A DNA stretch of 64,000 bases from positions 124,001-188,000 of the forward strand of contig ADNK01000506.1 of assembly GCA_000320545.1 (NCBI GenBank), in the 5' to 3' direction. Source of the stretch: Bigelowiella natans CCMP2755. Lineage: Eukaryota; Protista; Cercozoa. Shown piece by piece: positions 48,348 through 62,785 of this stretch. Below the pieces are notes generated by a model. The model was not told the origin of the DNA. It made no database searches and saw only the letters and a program-made list of their open reading frames with translations. Numbering within the stretch: the first letter of the stretch is position 1; every line of letters starts with the position of its first letter. A program made the translations under genes and the position numbers.

Positions 48348-49519
48348 ATGGAGGAGGGGAAGGACGACATTTCCTTAATGCGGGGAGAACGAACCCAAGG
48401 GTTGGCGTTGGACTTTAAGGACGCCCATATTCCGAAAGCAGTACCACCTGGCTTGAAATCTAAGCTTGAGTCCCTCTATCGTGATGGTTATGTCGTTCTC
48501 AATGATGTTCTGAACACTGATACTCTCACGGAAGTGCGGCTTGCGCTAGCACCTTACATTCGGAACGGAAAATGCGCAAAAAAGGGGAGGAATAACTTCG
48601 AGGGCCATAAGACGAATCGTGTTTATGGACTACTCGCAAAATCTAGGGTGTTTGATCAAATTGCAGCTAACAAGAAGGTGCTTGACATTGTCGATTGCAT
48701 CCTCATAAAGAATTACCTTTTGTCGGCACTTCTTGCTATTGATATACATTCAGGAGAAACACCACAGGTACAGCAGAATTTGGTTGTAGTAGTAGTAGTA
48801 GGAGGAGGAGGAGGAGGAGGAGGAGTAGTAATAATAGTAGGAGGAGGAGGAGGAGGAGGAGGAGGAGATACAATGCATAACACTCGAATACGATTCTAAA
48901 ATACATGACCGCTTATCATCAACAATCAATCACACTTGGTAATTTAAGGAGTGGTCTATCTCATCTGTTGATTTTATCAATTTTCATGCATCAACTTGTA
49001 ATTTGCCAGCCATTGCATTGCGACGGACAATACGTTGTAAGGAATAGACCGAGCCCTCCGATGGGCGTGAGCACTATTTGGGCCTTGGGAGAGGATGGCT
49101 TTACACCAAAAAATGGCGGAACGATCATCCTGAAAGGCTCCCACCTGTGGGGCAATCAAATGCCAAAAGAAGACGATGTTGCGAAGCACGGTGTACCACT
49201 CGAGATGCCCCCCGGAAGCGTCGTGATATTTTTCGATACGCTCTGGCACTGTGGCGGGGCAAACGTCACCGACAAACCGAGGCTCGCTATCACAGCGCAG
49301 TACTGTCAGCCTTATGTCCGACAGCAAGAAAACATGGTTCTTAGTGTCCCTCCAAACGTGGTGCAAAACCTAATGAAGAATAATAAGGACGAAAAGTGCC
49401 AAAGGCTCGTTAGAATGATAGGCTACTCCATACATCCCCCATTTATTGGACATGTTGACGGCCAACATCCTCTCAAAACTACTGTTGTTACCACAGCGAA
49501 ACGATGTTCGAAGCTATAG
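48348..49519 (+). CDS. Phytanoyl-CoA dioxygenase (PhyH)-family Fe(II)/2-oxoglutarate dioxygenase, 2 exons
   Basis: RDGYVVLNDVL; Q|PLHCDG (HxD); NGGTIILKGSHLW; WHCGGANVTDKPR; intron ~48768-49009. Confidence 0.92.
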
Positions 49520-49842
49520 TATGCTCTAGACTAGTAGAAGATAATTGTCACGATGTAACCGATGCACTGTATGCACGCACTAGCGCAATCAAACACATGG
49601 TTGTCAACAAAACTCGCAGCCGCATGTATCATAGCCACCATAAGGCGTATGTAGCCGATGTAAAATGACACAAATGTAGCGCTGTAAAGATTGCATACTG
49701 CATACATGTGCATGTACATGATGAAGTTACAGCAATAGCTCTAGATTCAAGTGTGCCCGCTCATTTGTCGTGAGGCACTCTAGCTAGCTGGCTAGGCTAA
49801 GCATTGTATACGTGTAAAAAAAAAGTAGCTTCGTTCAATTGC

Positions 49843-49877
<35 letters not shown>

Positions 49878-50644
49878 TGTGTCAGCGTGCGCGCTCGCAA
49901 GACATGCTTATTTTCAATTCTGGAATATCATGAGATTTAGTTACTATATGATTAGATAAATCATAATCATTTACACCATATCTAGATTTTATCGAGAAGT
50001 ACACTCTGTAATGTGTAATCATTCTTCTACCTCCAATTTATTTACATGAGATTTTAGACATATCTGAAAATCATTTATTTAAATTGTCAAGTCTTCATAG
50101 ACTTTTCTTTTTGCAGCTTTCTTTGTAGAAACAATAGAAGGAACATAAATATCATAGATGGGTGCCATCATCATTGTTATTAACCCATTTCTTCCTGAAG
50201 GCGATTGCTAATGAGCAACGTTTTCTCTATTCGCAACTTTTGATTGTGCATCTTTTCACACATATCTCCATCTCCACATGCACGTACACGAACATATATC
50301 ATATATATAAAAGTGGCTTTTGTATGTCCATGAGTGCGAAAACACAAAATTTCAATATCTCCATATCTACTGCGTATTTAATTTTCAAGAAAAAAAGGGG
50401 AACGAAGAGGAAAGTTCCATCCATCAGAGAGACAGACGGGCTATTAGTCGTGCACATTAGATCTACAGTCTCATGGCAGGACACTGCGCGGATCAAAGTA
50501 TCATGATGATGAGATGATGATGATGAAGGGGGACAATCACCCCTGACCTCATCTGAAAAACTACCTCCCCCACTTCCTTATAAAATATCTCCTGAACGTT
50601 CCGTGTTCTTCTATGATGCCAAGCCTTCTTTTTCCTCTTCCTTA

Positions 50645-52449
50645 TTATCTCCAGAACTCCATAACGTCTTCAGGAGATTCTCTTTCTTTTAGCACCCGCA
50701 CCTCCACCCCATCGTCGCTGCACTCGGCCAGTTTTGACCTCTTGCTTATACCAAAAACGGGAGGGGCTTGCCTTGAGCAATGCCGGCTCCAGAGTGCAAA
50801 GGTGTTAGCGCCACAGTCATGAACAACGATCCAATCACCTTCGTCAAGAGTAGGTAGCGTCACCTCTCTGCCTATCACATCCCCTGCAAAACACAGTGGC
50901 CCCGCGATATCGTAAGTTTTCTCCTGCTTGGCACACTGAGAGAGGGGAGTGCCGTTGTCAGCGTAAGCAGAGAATCGGTGGCCAAAGTGCTCTGGATCGT
51001 AGCATGGACGCACGAACAGATCAGCCCCTGCGTGGGTAATGGCGACAGGCTTATCCGGATCGCCCCGCATCATGTACTCGACACCAGTAGCCACCCATCC
51101 GGCCTTGGCGCACAAACCGCGGCCAAACTCCGTTACAATCTCCACGCCGCCGCCAAATGCATCGGAGTCAAAAAGTTCAGGAACACGACGCCGCAAGGCC
51201 TCTGAGTACTCTTGAAAGGTTGGGCTGATTTCCATGGATTCGTAATTAGTGGAAAGTCCGCCTCCAATGTCAATTGTGTTTATTCGCTTTCCGCAGCTGC
51301 GGTTGATTTTCTCTGCCAAAATGGTCACCGATCTTACACCCTGGGCAAGCTGATCCACACTCATCCCTTGACTCCCAGTGTGTACATGCAGTCCGCATAG
51401 AGCGGGAAACTGGTTGAAAGCTTCAATAACTTCCTCCTGATTGATGATGCCGAACTTAGAATCGGCCGTGCTCACGGATAGGCTTTCTACAGCCCCTGAT
51501 CCAACCATGGGATTTAGCCGTACACCAATGCGAGTCGAGGGGTGCACATTCACGCTATCATAGGCTCGTCGTACTCGCCCAATTTCCTCCAAAGAGTTGC
51601 AGTTTAGCAAAAGGCCACGCTCTAACGCATACTTGATTTCTGGGACAGTTTTTGCAGGAGAATCGAACACGATTTTGTTCCCTGGACACCCTGCAGCCTC
51701 AGCCATCTTGACCTGGAGGTACGTATGTTATTGTAATAACGATTAATTAACCATAACAGGATGAGGAAAGGGGGGGGGGGGATGCTGCACATTCCAGAGG
51801 TATTGAGACAATGATAATTATACGTGGTTTTGAGGCCTGAGAAAGAGTGGTACCTCTAGAAAAGATGCTGCCTCCAAGCCCATTCCGCTTTCTACCATGT
51901 CATGAAGGAGGAACTCGAACGGAGCCTTCAATAAAGACGGAACATATTATCTCAAAGTTGACTCCAACCGATACAAATACAATGATTACTCACTTACCGC
52001 TTTGATTGCAAACGTGTGAAGCCAGTTGGGCATACTGGCCTTGAGCTGCACTCTCAAGTCTTCCAGCATGTCAAGATCATATACCACCGCAAGAGACTTC
52101 CCATCTTTATATAATAAACCAGGGAATTAGGATATCATAAACTGTGAAAGCGAGACGAAATGATTTGAGACTATGAAGAATGGCTATTACCCTCGTGGTC
52201 GAGCTGTCTATTCTGAATCATTTTCTGGAGGGCTTCGGTAATTTTAGACTCCTCTCCAGTGAATTCGTAATTTTTGGATGATGATTCAACGTTTATCGAT
52301 GAGGAAAAAGTCGCTCTGGATGCCGTGGTGGTTGTTGCAGCAGCAGCCAATTTTCCAGGCCGGAAGCCGAAAGTGAACCTTGTGGAACCTCGAGCCCGCC
52401 CACCAGCTCCTATGCGGAGCCAGCCGAGCTGCTTACCTATCCACGACAT
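50645..52449 (-). CDS. Diaminopimelate decarboxylase-like fold-type III PLP enzyme with Arg-rich N-terminal presequence (spliced)
   Basis: HTFAIKA (PLP lysine), SKFG, HVHTGSQ, IDIGGG, EFGR, GPLCFAGD. Confidence 0.85.
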
Positions 52450-53405
52450 CTTGAAAAGTGCGTTGCAAGTAGGGGGCTATATGGTGCTTGGAAGGGAGAG
52501 CAATTTGGGAGAGGGAGTCTGGTGACAAATGTCTAAGGGGGGGGGAACGGCGTCTAGTGGCGGCAGTAATTGTTAAAATAAAAATAATACGAGCAGTTTG
52601 TGTTGTCGTATGCCAAAAACCCAACCATTTTCGAATACCAAATGCCGGCCGATTTCGCAAAAGAAGTGCAACCCACTCTCTAAGAGAACTTCTTTTTATT
52701 TCACTTCCTTCAGTTCCAAAAGGGAGCAGTTGTTGTGATGACGCTAGGTGTAAATGGATGGAATTTGCAGGGAATTATTCACTTGATTTCCTACGTACGA
52801 CTCCGGAGTAGGATTTCGTACGGAAAGAAAGCGGCAGCTAAAAGAAAGAAAAGTGTCGCAAAACCATTAATGTACCAAAGCACATAGACTACTCTATTCT
52901 TCCATTCCACGCGCCAAAAACTAGCCTCACGTGCGTCATCGAATAATTGATGTCGCACTTGTTCGAACCCTATGTAAAAATGTTGAACAGCGATATCTTG
53001 TCTATTTTTAGAAAATTCCGTGACAATCTCTACCGGAGACGTAGTCTGAAGGTTTGATGGAAGTTTCCCGGGTAGAAAAATATCCAATTGGAAGCAAGTT
53101 GTAAATCTTTTTCATGCAGAAAGCATCATTAGGTGATTTATTTCTCGTATTTTATTGCCAAAACTTCTTGGGAAAAAGTGTTTCTTCCTGAGCACAACCC
53201 CGATCCCAATTCCGAGTCAGACACGCACTTTCGTAGCTCCGGCACAGACGCGAACCGAGTCAGTACTTTCTCACGTTCAGCTCTTTGAAGCACTGTGCTC
53301 CTATCACCCGTGAGAAGGAAACTTCAACCATGACCACTTGTTTACTTTTTCATTCTCGTAGCATCTTTTTAGAAATTCACTTCAATATTATTAATAAGGG
53401 ACATC

Positions 53406-55874
<2,469 letters not shown>

Positions 55875-56902
55875 CTATGCCGCGCTCCATCCTTCTAGAT
55901 TTAGCATATGTGTGATTCGAACTGACTGATGATGATAATGATGATAATGCAAGGAACGTAATGATTGTATGGCATTTTGCAGGCCATTGGACCTCCACTA
56001 AATGTAGGATGATGCATCATTCGGCCCATCGGTATAAAATGCAGCATCGGGATAGAGAAGGAAACAGCGAGAAAACCGAAACCCCAAAGTCATATACTAG
56101 CTGCAACACTGTTAGTTTTAACATGTCATCATTCATAATATAATTCACATAGAGTGACTCACGAACGTTACCTCATATCATTAACGATATGTGCTGACTA
56201 TGTGTGTATCTAGGTAAATAACTAGGTACATAAATATAACTTGATAAATTCAGAAAAACATGCGTGAGTCATGGCCATTTGTTGTGCATGACAGAGAGGG
56301 GAGGGGGTAATTAATTTCACTACATGCACGCGCGTGCAGGATGCATGATTGACGACGCACACATGTGAAGCTTGATGATGTCTAGAGGTCTAGATATGAG
56401 TGATCGTGACTATAGCGGATGCACCAATTTTACATTGCCATCATCCGCTGCAGCGCGCCACTACTGCTTTGCAACATCAGATATGGCTGGTGTGATCTGC
56501 CCGTAGGAGCATGTGCAGTGGTTTTGGAATATAATTGTGTCGGACAGTTTGCAGCGCATTCCATGCAATCGCAACCATTCAGAACACTCTGGCTAGCTAG
56601 CTGTGTGACTGATTTGTATTATTATTAATTATTTACATACAATTTCTAGGTTTTGTTGAAATCAGAATTGCGCATCATATGTGAAGTGAACTAGTGAACC
56701 ATTTATCATGCATACAGCAATGAATCATCTAGATCAATGATTGACTTACGACCAACAGGAGGAGGGGGATGTGCTGGGTACAATCCATAAAATTTTGGGT
56801 GCACGAGAAACTCTAGGGTGGTTAATTTTGAGAGCTGCTGTTGCCCCAAATTGGGTAAAGTGGCGGATTATGAAAACAGTTCTGTCTGGACATGGACTAA
56901 TA

Positions 56903-58410
56903 CTATTCCGTGCATGTGAACATAAAAGCTGCAATTCCTATCACTAGAAATCCGAAGAACACCTCACACCTGCTCAATCCATGACCCCAGTGACGTCCAG
57001 ATTTTTTCAATCGACGACGGTTTATTTTGACATAATCATGAAAGTTTTGAATCGTGTGAAATCGGTCGAGAATATCTCCGTCCTTTCTTATTTCTGCAAG
57101 ACCTCTATTTGAGAAGGAATATTTATGCAACTCAATCTTCCCATTTAGCCAATTAGATGAGAAAATTGCCTCTACCGCCTGGAAAAAATGTAGGGCTATT
57201 AATCGTATGGTGCGACATAATTCCACACGCGTCACAAACTTCCACCTGGTAGATGAGGCAACTTTTACTACATAATTGGAATTTGCCACAATTTGGCACA
57301 AGGAAAACGTTTTCTTTTCTACCTCTGTGAGCTGGGAGTAACGATGCTTCTCAGGATGAAATGGATAGTCTTCAATTTGGAAAATATGCCGACCATCTTT
57401 GTCCCACGCTTCCCCTTGGATGTTTCCTCCAAGTATCACGTAAACAATCAAGATACTGGAAAAAAATGGGATAAGGACCATTGATAAAGGGAATGCTTTC
57501 ATTAGCGTTCAGAAACGTACATCTAACTTCTAACACGTATTCACCTTGGAACATCGTCAATTGTTGTTTTTCGTTTGCTGCTAGTACCATTCTCTTCACT
57601 AAATTTAGTCCTTACTTGGGTTGCTTCGGTTGATAATCGTTCTTTCGATTTTTCTAAAGGGGGGATACTGCCAACCTTCATGACTCCAACCTCACTGATT
57701 TTCAACATATCGTCCATATCTGGATTCGCTATTTCGAGCCACTTCCTAATAGTACCCTTGATCCCAGACTCCAGGGCAGTAATCGGGTGGGGATAGACGC
57801 CGTAATTTTTCCCCTCCGAAACAACCTGAGAGCTTTTTCGATGAAGAGAACGCAAGTCTTTTGGAGCTACCCACCAAGTTGGCTGAAGTTGCCATAGGTT
57901 TAAAGGCCCACCATCGATAACACCATCGTAGGATTCTGAGGGGATATCGAATGAGCGGAGCCACCTGTAATGATAATAATGATGATGATGATGATGATGA
58001 TGATGATGTTGATGGATAAAACATGGTTTGATACGAAGGGGACAATGAGACAATGATTAACGTTGTAATTACATAGACGATAACTACGACACCGACGACG
58101 ACGACGACGAAAAGGAGGCCTGGATGAACGAAATCTATTGAAAATTGAGCACTAATATTTCAAATCATACCAATTAATAGACAGTGCATCGTATCTTCTC
58201 CGAAAGCGCCGCTCAAATAGTAGGACCGATTTCTAAACAACGCAAAACATTTACCCCTAAGAACCGATATCTCGCTCTCGGAAAGCATCCACACACAACC
58301 TGCCACGCCTTCGAGACCAACACGAGCGGAAACCGATCATATGCCGGGAGGAAGATCAGAATATCTCCGTGGAGGTTGGAATCCAAACCCGTCCTGCGCG
58401 TCATCGTCAT
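56903..58410 (-). CDS. F-box-like protein of unknown function (spliced)
   Basis: DILIFLPAYDRFPLVLVSKAWQ resembles an F-box consensus; downstream exons ~57545-57965 and 56903-57450. Confidence 0.5.
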
Positions 58411-58763
58411 CGTCGGCCGACCATGTGAGGAGAAAGTTCCACGAATGCTCTACTACTACATCCATATTAGGAAATACAGGGTATTTACAATCCTGCGACA
58501 AGGAAGTTGCTCGCACCAAAAAAGGAGGCTATTTTTAGGTATTTTTCAGGTATTTTTAGGTATTTCTTTAGCTTGAATGTAACGGCTGGTGCTAGTCTAG
58601 TTACAATCCTGAGCGTAGTACTCAGCTACAGCAATACGACGAATAGTATAAGTAGTAGTTGGGGAGGGAGGACCCTCGGACTCCTCAAACCCACTAAAAA
58701 AAAGTTGGTGTAATTTGTGCATGAGAGCAAAAGGTTGACATAGTGGGAATTGAAGAAGTTAAC

Positions 58764-59758
58764 ATGGACGACGGGAAACAGTCGAACAATGCTGGCGACG
58801 CTTTCCCGGTGAGATTGGAAAAAAATAGACGTCAATAAACCTGGCTGTGATAAGATCAAAATCTAATGAAAGTTAATTTTTGTTTGACTCTAGCCTCCAA
58901 GCACTCATGGCCTAGAAAATCTATCGAAGGAGGAACTCGTTCGAAAAGTAAAGGAGTTGGAACTTGAGCTGAAACAGGTTTATTCCTCCACTTTTCGCAG
59001 TATTGAATTAGAGATTAAAGCGTGGCATGCTACTTTCCATTAGGCGGATGAACAAGTTTCTCGCCAGTATGCGGAGAACAGCCAACTTAAGAAGAAAGTT
59101 GCAGAACTCAGCAGTGCTGGTTCCGGTGTTGATGGTTCCAACGGGAAACGATCGAACGAGGAGCTTGAAGAACTAAAAGTGCAATAAATTATAATAATTC
59201 GTTTTGAAGCTTGTACCGATGGTATATTAAATGCATAGGTTCAGCTTCGAAGTAGTGAGGACGAGGTCCATCGGTTGAATACAATTGTCGCCACCTTGAA
59301 GGTGGCAGACAGCAATCCACTCGCCGTCTCCGGTGACGGGTCAGTAGGCGAGATACAGATACTCCGCAGTCAATTGGAGGAGCAAAAGGAGGTTGGTGAA
59401 CTATCATAACATTTTCAACGTACTCTTTAAAACATGGAATGCTCATAGCTTCTGAAATTCAATCATCTTTTACATATATTTTAAATTTCATAGAGCCGTC
59501 GCTCTGCGATCGATGCCTGGGAAGCGGCAGAAAGGAAAGTAGCAGAGGCAGAAGAAAGGGCGGTAGTATCTATCAAGGAGATGCAGAATGGTGTACGACA
59601 AATGGAAGATGCAAAATGGGAAGCCGAGAAAAAGGTAATTCTGAGGACCAAAAAATATCTGCGCGCAACTTTTATGTTGTAAAGCAAAAGATGGGGAGTG
59701 AATAGAAACAGCATTCACATAATACACATAAATTTATCACTTTTACACACACATAATA

Positions 59759-59797
<39 letters not shown>

Positions 59798-60779
59798 GTG
59801 CTATGCCTATACTGTTTCCAGCTTAAATGGCAAGTATCGAAGACAGAAGAGGTACAGGCTCGCATAGAGGAACTCGAAGCGGAAATAGAACAGAAGAATG
59901 CAGAAATTATGGAGCTGCAGGTTATTTAAATGGGCTTGTTTGCTATCTTCGCTTTTCCTGTGCAATATTGATATGGCGACTCTAATCTCAGAATTATATT
60001 GACAGGTGAATCTAAACAGCGCTCGCATCAATGCACGAGCAGCAGATCAGGTACGAAGGGAACAACCGGCCCAGTTATATACAATTTTCAAATAGCATCA
60101 AATTGTCCGTGTGTGGTGCTCTTGGATTTATGTGCCTGCACTTATTGTCGCCTTTTATCAGATGGAACGTCTTAAGACACAGGCAACGATAGAAAGCATG
60201 CAAAGAGACATGATGTGGCGGGAGAGAATGTTCAATAACGCACTCCATAACTACAAAGCTCGGCTGGAGAATAGGTAATATTTTTTTAATGATAATGGTG
60301 ATGGCGACAAAGTTGCCTTTTCATCAGTTTCCTATGGGGATACTTGTATATTTGGACGAGATGTCGATATCACAATATATCCTTGTCTTGTCAACATAGG
60401 AAATTAGTCGAAATGAAGCTGCAGAAAACCATAGGAGAAACACAGCTTCAGCTGTTATATCTGCAGCAGCGTTCGCAGCAGCAGCAAATAGCCGCCTTCC
60501 CGAAAGATAGACCAGACATGCACGCTATGAAACAGGTGTGTTTCATGTTCCTTTTTCCATGTCTTTTACTGTCCGAGGAATTATCACGTTTGATTGCAAA
60601 TCTCTTATCTGTTTCTCTATCTGGTAGTGGTGAACCCATCTTATTTTCTGATTTTGATTTGCTATCAGTACATCAACCAAACTAAAGCCCAGATCTCACA
60701 ACTTGATAAGAAGATTCATTTCCAAACGGAGCAATCAGAGAAGTTTCAGTCCAATCAACAATCTTTGTCATTCCAGGTG

Positions 60780-60821
<42 letters not shown>

Positions 60822-61421
60822 GTGTGTGTGTGTGTGTGTTTATGTTTGGTTAAGGTACGCATTTTCAATAAAAATATTTTAAAAAAACCATAAATACGTT
60901 TTAATATGTTTTAAACTGAGTTCGTTTCCACACAACAGTGGTTAATGGTGTTTCTTTGACAGCCGCTGATGCAGCATCCTCTTCCTATGGGAATGATGCC
61001 ACCACAAGCAGCTCCTGATTCAGCCCCTGCTGGAATGAGTAACAATCACCCAAATCAGAACAATTTTTCCAGCCCGATGTCGCCAACCATGCCTTTCAAC
61101 CCTGCAATCGTTCCTGGTCAAATGGGGGTTTATACTAATAACAACTTCTCGCCTGTGCAAGGAGGCGGGAAGGATTCATTAGAAACTTTTATGGCGAAGC
61201 AGCCAGTCTCGAAAACTCCACCTACACGTAAGGTTGCGGGGGGGAAAGGTGGCTTCTACTGGGACACTAACGGTGGAGGTGGTGGTGGTGGCAAGATGAA
61301 TGCATCCCCGAAAGGAAACAATAGCAACATGAAGAAATCACCTGCGAATCGTGGGCGCCGAACCAAATCTGGGCCATCGAATGGCGCCAAGAAAGGAGAA
61401 GGTCCAAGATGGAGAAGATGA
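58764..61421 (+). CDS. Coiled-coil protein with a low-complexity Pro/Asn/Gly C-terminus (many exons)
   Basis: LENLSKEELVRKVKELELELKQ, AWEAAERKVAEAEERA, RIEELEAEIEQK; GT-AG exon chain ending ...GPRWRR*. Confidence 0.7.
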
Positions 61422-61517
61422 CAATGATGTGTACGTTCGTCGAATAAACATAGATATGTGAATATCGTTTACGTTCAGTCTGAGAAGTTGCATACAGTTG
61501 ATATATGTTGTTGTTAT

Positions 61518-61552
<35 letters not shown>

Positions 61553-62785
61553 GTGAAAAGAACACCATCAAATGCATGATGAGATTGTGGCAGCACCGGG
61601 AGAGCCAATGCGAATTCAGACGCAATCCGACGACGCAATGACATGCTGCCGCCTGCCTGCAGCATTCAAGCGATGCATGCAAATGCGTGCATCTAGACGC
61701 ACATGCAAGTCGTGCACCGTTTGCACATGTGCGAGGTAAACTGATGAGTTTTTCCATGACAACTGATGCTGCATTCAGCTAGGCAAGGACGACAGGACGG
61801 ATAAAGACTATGAATCGAAGAACGAGGTGCAGCAGTCGCGCATCGATCGCACGGCTGCCGTGCGCACGCTTGTACGTATAGCAGCAAGTGTGTGTCGCCT
61901 GTATCTAATGCCTCCACATACAATAACTAATTTAATTAATAATTGCGCAGCACTGAAAGTTCTACGATGTAGTAGTTGGAGAAATCAACATATCATGATG
62001 AACTGTCATGCAACGTAAAATTCGCATTAACTCGCACAAAAAGCACGAATACAGCAAACGTGCAATTTGAGGTTCAAGTAATGCGAGGCAGACATCCACT
62101 TCCTGCTAACGAGATTGACCCCACACCTGTCAGAGTTCAAAGATTCCCCTACACTGACAAAAGACACAGGGTATGCTATACGTGCCTACAGTACTGCCGA
62201 ATGCGATTTATCAGGGATGCATTCCCATTACTTGTTCTTCGCACCTCTTCAGATCCACAAGCCACAAAATCCATTTGACACCTGTCTAACACATTTTTGA
62301 TACCTTACATCCACCTAATGACACCCATCTAGCACCTAACCTCCAACATCAATCGCACTTATCACCCCCTCTGCTATCTTCGGGTACACCTATCTATCAG
62401 GCACCTTTCTCACAAGAAACCCATTCTTTATAGTTCCTGGCCTGCTGTGAACACGTGTGCTCTAAAAGATCGTTGGACGGAACGCATGGCGTTTATGATC
62501 GACGTCAATCGATCAAAAGAGGAAAATCGGAGTGTCGACAGGAATTCTTGTCTATTATTTTAAACAGCGACAAGTCCTTGCCTAAGTCGCACGAGCAGAA
62601 GGGATCAAGTAGAGAGAGCAGGAGCAGGAGGAACGGAAAACTTGTTAACGAAAAAATGAAGCTCTGCCCGCATCTGAGGCACAGGAGATAAAGAACCCAC
62701 TTAGAGACGTCTGGGGTGGATTGAAGAGGTCTTATGAAGAGAGGGCAGCGTTAAGTACTTTGCTGGGAACCAGGCTTCATTTGCA

